Below are positions 13,930 to 26,862 of a DNA stretch of 64,000 nt, in pieces. A program made the position numbers and the translations under genes. Positions within the stretch are counted from its first letter, which is position 1, and each line of letters begins with the position of its first letter. The stretch comes from Convolutriloba macropyga. Taxonomy: Eukaryota. The notes beneath the pieces were generated by a model. It ran no database searches, was not told the origin of the DNA, and was given only the letters and a program-made list of their open reading frames with translations. Location: NCBI RefSeq assembly GCF_964194025.1, contig NC_134470.1:65286001-65350000 (forward strand). The letters run 5' to 3'.

Positions 13930-14275
13930 TGGTATGATCTTGAAGCACAATATGGGCCATGGGACATGCTTTAATCATCTCCAGACAGGTAACTTTGTAT
14001 GCTTTTGTCAAAGTCCGCCGATTCTCCAACTTCTTTTCAGAAATACACTCTGCATTCACTACACTACACAAGAGAGGTTCTAACACCTTCCAACATTCAG
14101 GCAGAAACTGGTAGTAAGTCCAGTTACCGTTGCGAAGGGGGGATAAGAGGTCATCCACCAGGCTACCACGATTGGTAGTTGTCCTCGAATGACCGCACTC
14201 TAAAAGTCCTCCTAATTGGTTCGTAATATTAGTACAGCGACCTCCTGTGTCGTATCCGCAATCAACATGAGCCAT
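13930..14275 (-). CDS. SMO: Smoothened-like receptor, first coding exon (Frizzled-type cysteine-rich domain)
   Basis: LPECWKVLEPLLCSVVNAEC resembles Smo CRD PRCWAVIQPLLCAVYMPKC; canonical donor a|GTAAGT at 13929; the 5' end is uncertain (no signal peptide, in-frame stop just upstream of the ATG). Confidence 0.65.
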
Positions 14276-16900
14276 AATAGTTTCGAAGAATTAATTCCGT
14301 AATGCAGGAGTCATATAATCATAATACAATTAGTTTCAGGATTGTTATAGAATAATATTCTGCAGAACAATATGTAACAATAAGATTTTAAAACAACTAT
14401 ATTCAAAGATTGTTACAAGGTTTTGTTATGTTTGTTGATGCTTTTAACTTTCCAGCTATCTCAATTTAAGTATTTCCAAATGCTACAACTAAAACTCCAG
14501 CGTTATAACAATTTAAATTTAAGCAACCAAATTTTAACAGCATAAAAGCAGCTCACATAATTTTCATAATCAGAACCAGATTGGTGGCAACTTTTTTGCA
14601 CCAAGTTGCGAAACTGTGGGCTTCCCTCTCTCCAGAAGCGATCACGAGTTGAATTTTATAGGAGCGAAATTGGAGCATTTGATTATGGCTTTCAGGGCAC
14701 AAAAGAAGAATGTTTATTTCGCTTAGGGGCAACTGTTCCCACCAAGTAACAAAAGTGAGTTAAACTTAAGACAAGTTCCCCTACATTTCTTAAACAAAAA
14801 TTCCTTTCTCCGTTTAGTTCAAAATTGTCGAGTGAGTGTATTGGTTGGTTGTTGAAGCCATTTGTTAGCCCACGCAGCATGCTAGTTCAAACTGCGGTTA
14901 CCACGGCTTACCCTCACAAGCAATGTGGACGTCATTAAACGGGGAAATCTAGCCGGATAGCCGTTTGAGCGAAAGTTTCAAGCAGCCTCCAGCTATTCCA
15001 GCACTGTTTGAAAGGAATCCGTTGAGCCTTCTGTTTATCAAAAGGGGGTTAAACGTGGGCTATTAGTTAAGATAATGGATTGGCCATAACTCCTTAAAGA
15101 AAAGCAAATGGAAATGATTATTTGAATGACGAGAATTGGGGAAAGATTCATTCAGCGGTAGCTTTACTTGTACCAGAAGAAATAGCAACCACACAAGACC
15201 CAAAACAGTACCAATTGTGACGACTGTAACTAGAAACCCAATTTTGCGGTATTTATTGGATCAAATAATACCTACATTGGGTTGTGTATCAATCAGTGAA
15301 AGTGAAGCAACAAGAGCCTTGACTTGATTTAGAAATTGTAGTGGGAACGAAAACAATGCTGGGAACATTTATTCCAGAGTAATCCGCTTGTTTACACTCT
15401 CTCAGTCCAGCGCACTCTAACATGCACCACTACACTGGCCATCGATCCTGCATTCCGCCCCAGTTTCTGCCCAAAATTATCATTTCAATAACAACCCTAA
15501 TAAGCATGCCCCTACACCCGAGGGCTCTAAAAACTACTTCCAACCATCGGCAACCAATTTTTAAGCCCCAACTTTTTTTTAGAGCCACGCAGTTATTCCA
15601 TACAAAATTGATCAAAAATTGTAATTTGCATTGTAAATGGCCCAAACGAATGTTATGAGCGTAGGTTAATCAACTTTATCACACCATAAATCGATCACAA
15701 ATATGTGCTGCCAACACATAAATACCGATCAAGCTTCAGAGACCCAAACTAATGAGCTTGCTTTACTGACGTCAGTAATGGTGACGACGGTAGATCTACT
15801 GTAGCACAAGTTCATTTGCCTGTTTGTCACTATCTGCACGGGGTGTGATTGCTTAAAACACGCAATAGTTTGTGCAATCCGACAAATTAAAAGCAAAAAC
15901 TTTTGGGGAGACAAATTTCCTCTCCAAAAACTGTGCCAGTCTACTTAACCTATTGGCTTTTTAGAACTACAATTTCGACCATTGGATTTATTGATCTTTC
16001 AAGCGATTCGTTTTTAGAAGAATTTTAAATTTTGAATTACAATCAGCTTTGATTAAAAAAGTCTGGGAAATGTAAGACACTTCAAATTTTAGCTATACCT
16101 TAATTTGAGCATGAAGTAAATTGCAGTTCAAATATAGTATAGCCAAAAAAACAGACGTTTACTTAGCCTTAAAAAAATCAGATTTGCTCATAAATTTTAT
16201 TTGCTGATTTTCCAACGTCCACCATTTTCACAACAATTTTCAGATCTTTGAACTTCAGATGAAGTAATTAGTCATCAAAAAAGATTAGATAACAATTGCT
16301 TATAAGATGGTTAATTGACATGTCGAAAACAAAATTGAGCATAAAACCGACTAACGTCGGACGAATTGCTCCAGAACGACTGGCGGGACAAACAGTTTAA
16401 AAGGGGGGATAGGCTAGAGAAACTTATGGCGCAAAAATTTTTGGCTAGGCAGGTGTTCGAACCCGCCACCTCTTTGTTTAGAGATAGGGACGTTGGCCAC
16501 TCTAATACACGGGCTATGTGCTGTCAGCTCTCACAATCGGATTTATTTTTACCAACAACCTTGATTTCTGAATAATCGCAAATAAAATCACTGAGAAAGA
16601 ATAAAACAATCAACCGCGAAAGTCACTCGAGAAATGAAATTGAAATAATGTTCTAGAAGAAAACGGCCAAGCAAAAAAAAAGACACACACGTTTAAACTC
16701 ACAAACCAATATCAAGGCTTGAGTTAAATCACAACAACTCAAAGACTGTAAAAGCTACCATGCTCTTTGCGTTCAGTAAACAAACCACAACAGCAAACCC
16801 CCCATTTTGATTCCAATGGCTACAAAACCATCGGGAAAAAACCTTATTATCATTGAATTCAGGAATATGAAATCTAAAGGCAAGCATTGAGACGGAACAT

Positions 16901-17776
16901 AAAAACATAACCGACTAACGTCGGGCGAATTGCTCTCAAACGACCGGCAAGTGGTGGACTTCGTCAGTAGGTAGCCAGGATTTAGTGAGGCTAGCAAATT
17001 TTAACAAAATCTTCCTATAAATCAAGATATTAAAATCTTCAAGACCATTTTATTGTCTCAAGAGACTACCCAGTATCCCTATTTCAAGCTTTAAATAGTT
17101 TTACTGGTTCAAAGATCCATAAATTTGAAATAAATTTTATCAAAAAGTTGCACAAGCTGGAGTCATTAAAAACTGATAACCATTCCATTAACTCTAGAAA
17201 CTATGCAACAGCTTATTATCAAACCTTGGAAGAGGTCCCTAGCACCCCGATGCCGGAAAAAATGAGAAAATTCAAAATGATTCAAAAAAGTTGAAAATAT
17301 TTTAAAAAATTGCTGATATTTAAATCTTGAAAAACACTCCATTACATCTAGAAGCTACGCATTAACTTATAATCAAACACTAAAGGAGGTGATGTGGCTC
17401 TTGAGGCTGGAGAAACCTAAAAAAATGACAAAAAATTTTCAAAAAACTTAAAATATTGCAAGTTGCATAAAAAACTGCTAAAAGTTCTGATAATAAAAGT
17501 TGAGAACTAATCCATGGCCAAAAAACATTTTTTTTTGGGGGGGGGGGTCAACAGTGGGGGTGTCTTCAACCTCTAAGAACCGCCCTTTACACCATAAGTA
17601 TAACGGAGCTGAAAGGCTCTAAGAGCACTTAATGCCCGCTAGGCGCTACCTGTTTATCCCGTTTTTGAGGACGAAAAGTCAAAAGCGTCAGACGAAAAAT
17701 CGGTCAGGCAAAAAATCGCATAAAAGACCGACAGGACTAATATAAGTGCGACAAACTTCGTTTGATAGCAATTAAA
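16901..17776 (-). mobile_element. Helentron-associated non-autonomous element (HINE-like), family A
   Basis: On the minus strand: T-run + subTIR (AATTGCTATCAAACGA) ... subTIR (TCGTTTGAGAGCAATT) + hairpin CCGAC-GTTA-GTCGG + T-run. Related copies at ~4982-5235, 5977-6229, 16340-16700, 22110-22358, 22643-22999, 47735-48126, 49120-49212 and 54720-54870. Confidence 0.65.
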
Positions 17777-18889
17777 CACTCCAATCAATCTCAGATTATG
17801 CGTTACATATTCATGGATTTGTTTTATGAGAATTGCATTGCAATGTTAAAAACATTGCACAATTCGGTCAGTTCTTTTACAGTTTACATTCCAAAACTGC
17901 TATAAAATAGACGGGGATACACAAAAGCAAGGCTGGTTACGCGAAGCGTCACCTACACGTATATACCCCAAACAAAAAATAGTACTATGAGAACAAGCAA
18001 CGCAATAAAATTTCCCGGACAGAGTTTTTGAATTGTTGCAATCGAGCCTCAATATACATACAGCTGTATCGAAATTAACTGACAAAAATTATGGCAAAAA
18101 AGTGGCGATTAAAAAATGACCGCCGAAATCTGTGGGAAGAAACAACCAATACTTTGTTTGCGTCCATCAAAAATAAACCATTCAACTTCAAATGGACTGA
18201 TTTAAGAAGTTTAATTCTGAATCATTTCATTTTGAAACCTATGCTAGATCGAAGATCCAAAAAAGACCTGCGATAAATGCATTGAAACCTTTACTCTCTT
18301 ATCCGACACAATTCAAATCATTACTCCGAATATGAGGAATCTATTAAGATGCTACAGTTTCCTGCGAAAAAAATATTCAAACTTATTTTAATACTCTTAG
18401 CCGTTTTATAGACATTTATTATGACAACATCATCATTTGTTGTTAACGCACATACTTGCTTTGAAAGGTCACATTTAGTTTTAGTACCCAAAATTTTTTG
18501 CCCGAATCGTTTTGCCTGTTTATAATTTTGGATATGAGCCTTCAATTATGACAATATTTGGGGAGAAGTCGGAACCACTTATGTGAGCCTCCCAGCGTTT
18601 TTAGCAAAGTCGATTTGTGCTGATGAATTATCTATTGCGGAGAAATCCAAAATCAAAAATAATCGAGTTTCCAGGAAAGGTTAACTTTTGGTACTTCGCT
18701 TTAAGGAATATAGTCCAAAAAGCTAATTTCTCTAGATTTTCGCGCTTCATATGTGCTGCTCAATATAAGGTGCATATGTGAGTGGGGCTAACATATGCGC
18801 TGCATATGTGAGCTTCATAGTTGCTGTTCTTTTTACATCCGAAGCTGATGAAATATCGCCAAAAACAAAACTTGAACACAACATCCCGA

Positions 18890-19620
18890 AAATTATCGAT
18901 TTTTTTTGCAAAGTCCCAGTTAGTGGTGAATAAACAAAAAACAGAATATATTGTGTTCAGCACCAGAAAGAGGTTAACACATACTGTTCTGAATGTCGAC
19001 AATTAAAACGTAGCAGAATCAAATAGTGTGAAGTATCTTGGCGTAATTATTGATAGCAAACTAAAATTTGATGGCTTGTGGAATAAAAGTTTTGAATACA
19101 CTTGATAAAAGTTTACCAGAGAAAACGAAAATCTTATTACTTAATGCAATAGTAATAAGTCATCTACATTACTCCGCTTTAATTGGGATAGGGTTGTAAA
19201 AGTCATTAATCATAACTTTAGAAAAATGATTGAATTGGGGAATTTTCAATAGAAAATACGATCGCTCCACAGATCTCAAATTTCGCAACAAAACATTACC
19301 AATCTCTTTTCTCTTGAAATATCATTGCACAAAATATTTTTTTCGCTTACTCAGCAACGATCTTCCAGCATATAAAATTGAACCTCTCTCTACCATGAGA
19401 ATAAAACAACATGACAGGTCAAAAAACTACCGTTCGATATAAGAACAACAAGTTTTTAACTGATTCTTTTATTGCACAAGCCATTCCAATTTATAATAGT
19501 ATGCTTTCTAATATTAGACTAAAAACAACGTCGGAAGCTTCCTTAAAAAAAGAACTGAAAGAATTTTTGAAGGACCCAAAAATAACTGATATGAAAGATG
19601 ACATTGAGAGCATTCGATTT
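18890..19620 (+). mobile_element. Degenerate non-LTR retrotransposon (LINE) 3' fragment
   Basis: Translates to SQLVVNKQKTEYIVFS...*NVAESNSVKYLGVIIDSKLKFDG, the late RT-domain signature (N..KT..I.F; KYLGV.ID..L.F), with stops and frameshifts. Confidence 0.75.
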
Positions 19621-20079
19621 TAATTTTTATTTTTAATCTTCATGATGTACATACAAAAAATTGTGAGAAAATATTATGCTCGCATTTTAGGCCATTCTTT
19701 ACTAATGTAAGGTCAAAATTTTAGTTAAATAATTCAATGATTTAATAATTTTAACATAATGTTATATTCTTAACTTTACATCGCCTCTTTTACCATTTGC
19801 ATTTTATTCTTATGTGTATCAGAGCTTTTTTAACAATGGCGTCGTGCATTAGCTCTTTACGAGGTATTCTACATCTCACTGATATCGCTTTGCATCCAGC
19901 TGTTTTTAGATTTGATGCCTATAACTTAAACTATTTGGTGGCTATAGCAGGCTGTAAACTATTTGGTGGCCTGCATTCTCATCTGCATTAGATGATTTCC
20001 AAGTCCATACATTAATCAATGTCCGCTCCTTATTACATCGTAACCCCATATAAGAACCAACTATAACAAATTTTGGATT

Positions 20080-20279
20080 NNNNNNNNNNNNNNNNNNNNN
20101 NNNNNNNNNNNNNNNNNNNNNNNNNNNNNNNNNNNNNNNNNNNNNNNNNNNNNNNNNNNNNNNNNNNNNNNNNNNNNNNNNNNNNNNNNNNNNNNNNNNN
20201 NNNNNNNNNNNNNNNNNNNNNNNNNNNNNNNNNNNNNNNNNNNNNNNNNNNNNNNNNNNNNNNNNNNNNNNNNNNNNNN
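20080..20279. other. Assembly gap (200 N)
   Basis: Run of 200 n; contiguity across it is not guaranteed. Confidence 1.
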
Positions 20280-21081
20280 TGTCGATTAACCATAGCCTTT
20301 TGACTAATAACTTTCTTCCAACAATACTCAATATATGCTACTGCTCATTCAGCACTCTTTGTATTAAACTTCTGGCAAGACTGCTATCAAATACAATTTG
20401 AGTCAAATAAAAGAATACGTAGTCTTTACCTCTCTAATTTTGACGAAATATTTACAAACAATGGGTTGAGCGTTACGAGGCTACGAGCGATCACGAAATA
20501 CACTCCTTGTTTCTTTTTTATTAAAGCAGATCGAATACATCTTTAAAGCCAGATTGCAAACATTTCTGGCGAAGAAATGCGAAATGAAACTTGCGAAAAT
20601 CTTTGGAGCTCCTCAAGAATCTCTCCGGCAGTAGAATCCTCAAGGAGTCGCCGAAACGAATAATCCGAGTTCCTGTTGAATTTCAAAACAAATTTCAAAC
20701 AAAATTCACAAAATGATTTGAATCTAATTTATGTACTAAAAGCACTACGTCAACTTTAGATTTTGGACTCTAAAATGAACAGACTCTCCATCGTCTGTAT
20801 ATTCTATAGGTTAATAGGCCTAATCTAATTATGCTTATCAGTCCATGAAATTTCAAGTTATATATTCTATTGGTTAAACATTGATTTGCTGCATTTTACA
20901 TGACCTTAAAGAGAATCAAAGAAAACAAATTTTAAAATCTACACAGAATGTTGATAAACACCAGATAAATCAAACCGAAGATCACTAAATTAAATCTCTT
21001 TCAAAGGCTAAGATTAAAACACTTGAATTCAACACTAAGATTAAAACTTGAAAGTTATTAAACAAACGAAAACAAGTCACT

Positions 21082-21732
21082 TCAGGTGATCTTGATAAGG
21101 GGAAGTTTGTACTTTTCACACAGCTTTTTGATCACACTCTCGTACTCTTTGTTCAGCTCCTTTGACCGTTTTAATTCGTATTTCATGTCCTCCAATTCCT
21201 CAAAGAACTCTTGGTCGAAACAACTCAGTTCGCGCCTTAGCCTTTCATTTTCTTCTGTAAGAGTTTCAAATTTCAGTTTTAGTTCTGTCAATTTAGACTC
21301 TTTCGCAACTTTCCCACCAGCTTCGTTTTCTAACCGAGAAATTTGGCGTTCGAGTGTGAAAACTTTCTGTTTTTCATTATCTAACTTGGCTAATAGTTCT
21401 CTATTTGAAGATTCAAGCTCAGATATGTTTGTTTGAAGATCTCTGCATTTGTTTTGCTCTGCGTGTAGTAACCTAGTAGTGTTATTTTGCATGGCTAATA
21501 ATTTGGCTTTCGTAGCTTGGAAATTTTCCTGTGCATATTTTAGGCTCGTTTCATCATTTGCAATCTCGGGATGATTTTGATTATGAACTTGTGCCTCTAA
21601 ATTTGCGCCTGACTGAAGTTCGAGTATACGTTTCTCAGATAGCTTCAGTTTACATTTGAGTTTATTTATTTTTTGCAAGAGTCGTTCGTTTTCATCAACC
21701 AAGCTGACGCAGCAGGCAACCGGCTCTACCAT
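21082..21732 (-). CDS. Coiled-coil protein (216 aa) with CEP290-like C-terminal motif
   Basis: Heptad-rich ORF; ELSCFDQEFFEELEDMKYE resembles the CEP290 C-terminus (ELENFDPSFFEEIEDLKYN); splice acceptor just upstream at 21743. Confidence 0.7.
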   Translation of the reverse strand: MVEPVACCVSLVDENERLLQKINKLKCKLKLSEKRILELQSGANLEAQVHNQNHPEIANDETSLKYAQENFQATKAKLLAMQNNTTRLLHAEQNKCRDLQTNISELESSNRELLAKLDNEKQKVFTLERQISRLENEAGGKVAKESKLTELKLKFETLTEENERLRRELSCFDQEFFEELEDMKYELKRSKELNKEYESVIKKLCEKYKLPLIKIT

Positions 21733-24602
21733 CACTGTTTTTCTGAAAGTATTGATGCAATAATATCATTATATCTATTTCAATGGAGCAAAAATTACTG
21801 AATAACATCTAATAAGATCATTCTGGGGTGTTTAGTGTGAGCCAAAATCAAATTCAATGAAGAGTTTAGTTAATCAAAGGTGGTAACTACTTAATGATGA
21901 ACTACTTAATGATCTGCCAGCTTAAGGAAATGATAAAATTGACTCACTGTTGTCCACTTAAGCGCCTTCTCCACGCTTACAGCATCTAATTTCTACAATC
22001 TGTCAATAAGATAGAAATTGAAGCCTAATAGATAATTATTTGCAAGAAAGGCTCTCGAACAACTAATTGCAAATTAGGAAGATATATAGGAACTTGCAAA
22101 CCTGTTAAGATTAAGAACCGCCCTTCACACCATGAAACTGTCACCCCCGAAAACAGTTTTAGTGAATCTCATTCTTAGAGACTTGTAAGTCGTAAGGCTC
22201 AAAGATAACTTGATGCCCTCCTGGCGTTACCTGTTTATACCGTTTCTGAGAACGAAAAGTCAAATGATCCAGACCAAAGATCCGGAAAAAGAAAAATTAC
22301 ATAAAAAGACCACAAGACTAATACACTTTCTAAAAACTTTGTTTGAGAGCAATTAAAAAAGCCAACCATTTATTTTGGGAAAGCCATGCAGACATTAGAA
22401 CAAATGAAAAAGAGGAGAATGAAATCGATTTTAAAAAGCAAAACAGAACAGACAAAATTTCAAACGCACCCAGCAGAGTGCTAGCAAATAGCTACAAAAT
22501 ACACTCCGAAGACCTGGATATAGAATCAAAAAGGAAATCGAGCATGTGGAAGTATTAACGATTTTTAAGACTGCTGTTATTCTACAACTTTAATTCACAA
22601 AGTCACCTTCGATTGCATTTTCGACCAAAAATTAGAAAGAACATAAACCGACAAACGTCGGAAAAATTACTCTCCCATGACAGACTGGGCGTAAATTTTT
22701 CTTTATGGGCGCAAGAACATCATAAAAAAGTAGGGTTCGAACCCCGACCTCCCGCGTCCGAACCCCGACTCGGCTATCAGGGACTTCTCATCGCTTCTCG
22801 AACAACCGGTTTTACTTGAACAATAACTTTATTTCAGAGTGAGAGGAATTGAAATCAATCAAAAATCAAGAAATGCGTGAAAAAGTCACTTGAAAAGTCA
22901 ACAAATATTCCAGAAGAAAAATGGAAAACGGTCACGCAAAAAATTTGCATTAAAAAAGACACGCGTTAACAATAACTGCATCTCATTCAAGAGCAACTAA
23001 TCAATTCTCTTGCGCGAGTCCATTCTCCAGGCTGTCTTCTGGTTTCTGATTTCCAAAAACAGATGGGAAATTTTGCTAATGGAGTGTGAGTGGCCGTGGA
23101 TAATAGCGTAACTGGAGGGCTCCAATAATTTAACTTAAAACAAGGAAGAAAAAATTTCTGCTCACTTTTCATTTCCTTTTAATAGTAAACTGGCAGCAAT
23201 GAAGTTCAGCACCAATAATGAACGAGAGCAATTTAATGTCAAGCAATAATGTTGCATAAAAAGACACACAAGCTCACAATAATTGCATCTCATTCAGGAG
23301 CAATTAAACAAGGTTAATCATGCATGATCAAAAGTGTTTTTTTGGCATCAACCTAAAAATATATATATAAACATAATTAAAAAAATAAATTACGAAATTT
23401 CATTTGCGAAGCTAATAACACTGACCAGCTGAATACATTTACAAATGCGAGATTCTACAGCGATATAAATTTTTGAAAAAAAGAAGCAAAAGAATACCTT
23501 GTAGAGTCTTCAATAACAACCGAAGATTTTCACTCAAAAATACACCAAAGGAGACCTTTCAATGAGAGCAAAATGACCAAAAATGTTTCCAAGGAAAAAC
23601 AAAAACAACCAAACATGAAATAAAAAACAAAAAAAGTAGCCAACATATTGCCCAGGAATCGGCGCAAAATTATATTTACTTGTTCTCGAAACAATTTTGT
23701 GCTGCTAAATTTATTAAACCACAGGCTAGTTTTCAAGAAGACTAACGGGTCCCAAAATGTTATAAACAAAAAATGCTAACAGCACACTTAGCACCTACAA
23801 AATTAAATCCAGCTGACGAATTCTAAGGTAACTGTTTGACGCACAACTTTACCTGACTATCCTATATCGAAAGCTCAAAATCATCGAAAAAAAGTTCACC
23901 AAGACGAAAGCCAAATCACTCAAGCAAGCGGAGGAACATTCAAGAACAATTAGACAAGCAAACAATTTGCATATATGCAGGGGGTAGGAAGGGGGTATCG
24001 ATGGGTACACAGGACACTGGAAAGAGATTAAAAAAATCAAATGACCAACATCTTGAATATAACCAGGTAATAGGTGGTACCTTTGCATCAGAAACAAACT
24101 TTACGTTCTCTTAGTGTTAATGCACAACATTTTAAGTCATTGATCGAAAATATACAGGTCAGAGTTCAGCTCATCAAAAAACATGCTCTCGAATGACAGG
24201 TGGCGCAACTTAATTCAGGGGCTCTATCATAGATAAATTTTTCTTCATAGGTCCAAAAAGATCAGCCAAAGATAGGATTCGAACTCCGACCTCCTACAGA
24301 TATCTCGAAACTGAAGAAGTCAGGGGCCAAAACCTTACTTGAAAATACTAAACTGGTCCGCAATATGCTTCGATAAAAAAGACACAAATTGTTGTAATAA
24401 TAGCTTCAATTTCTTTCGAGAAAAAATTAGTATTTTGATTGCTCAAAAAAAGACGCAAAGCAAAGGTCTGCACGATACCTATATTTCATCAAAAAGAGAT
24501 GGCCTTAAATGTGAAAACTCAATTTTTAATTCTGATCGTAAATTCCAAACAAACACAATTTGACAATTCAACGAGATATTACGCAAAAAGGTGGTAATTA
24601 TA

Positions 24603-24789
24603 TCAAGAGAGCAAGTCTGATTCCGATCTAATGTACTCTCCAACATCACTCTGATGTAGTAAAACATTGGTGATGGGCTGGGCTCTCCTGCACTCTGCTG
24701 TGGACCTGGCAGCCACTCCAAATCCAAGAGGCACATCTGACATAGAGTAGACAACAACTCCGGCATACGCTGGTGTATTCTCACTTATT
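24603..24789 (-). CDS. NIP7: 60S ribosome subunit biogenesis protein NIP7, exon 3
   Basis: [30 protein letters not shown] matches the NIP7 PUA domain; acceptor tttag in phase with exon 2. Confidence 0.95.
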
Positions 24790-25291
24790 CTAAAAAATAA
24801 CTCGTAAGAGATCACCAGGCAAGCACTTAGTAAAAAAAATATTTGCAATGATTTTTTTTTGATATTTGAAAGCTATGGTATATTGTGGTGCGGACGAATC
24901 TAAACCACGTATACCAAGTCAAACAGAACAAAAAACGGACGAATTAAGCTCCTTAGATATTGAGATCAGGTCGAGAAAGTGCAATTTGTTGCAACTACCA
25001 CCCGATGCAATGTGCGAGGCAGGAGTTCACCAAATTGCTGTAGGTAATAATGGCAATGACAGTTTAATTTTCCACGGCAATTACCTGTCATCTCTACCTG
25101 CCATCATTCTATGGCTTCTCATACTTCATAATAGACTACTTTAAGATAATAGACTACTTTTACTACTCCATAGACTACTTTTACTACTCCAGTAAAAGCC
25201 GGCTATTGCTCGAATACTAGCCTTGATTCTATTGACTAGTTAAGATTCTTTTACTTAACAATTTCCGAGCAAACCTTTAGGAAAATCTTAC

Positions 25292-25421
25292 CTGCCAAGT
25301 CCTGCTTTTGTGACGTGGTTGCCGTAAAGAAAAGACTGTTCTGAGCTAGGCTTCAGCCACACTTTGTATTGTGCGTAGTCTGCAATGAGAGGCAATGCTG
25401 TGATGAGGAGTTTGAACTTCC
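25292..25421 (-). CDS. NIP7: NIP7 exon 2
   Basis: [44 protein letters not shown] with flanking ttctag and gtaag; not called in this frame by the ORF track. Confidence 0.95.
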
Positions 25422-25612
25422 CTAGAATAAAAAAAAACATGCTGATCAAGCATCAAGTACTGCCAAGTTGTAGCATTAAATTGTCGTTGTTGAATAACAT
25501 CTCTTATGGAGCTAAATAAGAGCATGGGAATAATCGGAAGCTGAGAACTGTCACAAAACAATCAAATTACACGAACTTCAATTTTCCTTGACAATAATGA
25601 GTAGCAGGACGT

Positions 25613-26784
25613 AGTAGTAAGGTGTCTTACTGGGCACGCAACGGGGGGGGACATTTGGGTGTTACTGTGTTCGCAACGGGGGGGGACACGAAAAATTTTT
25701 TCGAAAAGTTGATAGTTTTTGGCGTTTTGGCAAGAGCGGTGGAAAACGCCAAAAACTATCGCCTTTTCGAAAAATTTTTTCGTGTCCCCCCCCCCGTTGC
25801 GAACACAGTAACACCCAAATGTCCCCCCCCCCCCCGTTGCGTGCCCAGTAAGACACATTTTTGGCAAATTTCTGAATTTTTTGACGTTTTTTGGTAGGTT
25901 TGGTTTGTTTTATATGTTAGTCGGGAAAAAGCACTGCTGTTCCAGTGGTTGTCATTTTGTAATCAGCCCAGGTGAGCCTCATCAGTAAAAAAAACTTTTT
26001 GAAAAAAAATTGAAAAAAAAATGAAAAATTCAAAGTGTTAAAATTGCATGAATTGTATTTTGCCCTGGGTTTCAGGTCTCAAAGACGATTTTTTGTTGAC
26101 CTCATCTCAGCTGGTGGGCCTAATCATTGAAAAAAACTTTGAAAAATTTTGGGAAAATTCAAAAATTTTCAAGTATTAAAATTGTGTGAAACACAATTTG
26201 CGCTGGGTTGCAGGTGTTAATGTTAATTTTTTGTGGACATCATTTTACCTGGTACTAAGATTATATCAAATGTTTTATAACCAAAAACTGTCATCAATAG
26301 ATTGTTGACTGTTTGTAGTATTCTTTATGTCTGTTACTATCAGTCAGTACTCTCAAATACTCTTATAACCCTTTATTTGATGATGCATGAGAATAAAATA
26401 TAGTAATAGGCAAGGAGGTGAGTGGTTGTTGCTATGCATGTGTTGTTGTTAGAACTCTCTGTGTCATCAATCTATTTTTAGAATATAATGTATACTATGA
26501 CTAACTACTATAGTCACTGCCGAAGGTCATTATACACGAGTAGTTGTCGTATTCCATTGTGATTGGGAGACCGATCGACCGAGAGTGTCTATGATTTATT
26601 TTTGAATAAGTTTACATTTTTGAATAAGTTCAACTGTCTGCATTGGGTGGTTTTGTTATTACAGTTTAACACAGTACTTGTATAGCAATAGAGCAAACTT
26701 ATAAGAATTTGTTTGAGTTTCAGTTTGAGTTTGAGTTTGATTTGTAAACAAACTATGCCAGCGGTTGACGATTGTTCCTTCTTT
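25613..26784 (+). repeat. Left TIR of the Polinton
   Basis: Reverse complement of 37068-38229 with a few SNPs and small indels; includes the terminal hairpin 25622-25856 and two ~140-bp direct repeats (25971-26250). Confidence 0.95.
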
Positions 26785-26862
26785 TTTATTTTTTCTCATG
26801 ACAGTAGCGGTACAGAAAGACGTTTTGTAGCTGTCAGTGTAAACACTTGTTTTTATACTTAA
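26755..26862 (+). pseudogene. Truncated, decayed copy of the PC4-like gene start in the left TIR
   Basis: MPAVDDCSFFFIFSHDSSGTERRFVAVSVNTCFYT* versus right-arm MPAVDDCSFFDFSHDITCTEKRYVVACVKTY. Confidence 0.8.

Noticed and set aside
19797-20680. Short ORFs around the N gap
   Set aside because: They span or flank unknown sequence and show no recognisable product
25562-25897. ORFs on both strands over the terminal hairpins (also 37848-38277)
   Set aside because: By-products of the GC-rich palindrome; frames differ between the two TIRs because G/C run lengths vary
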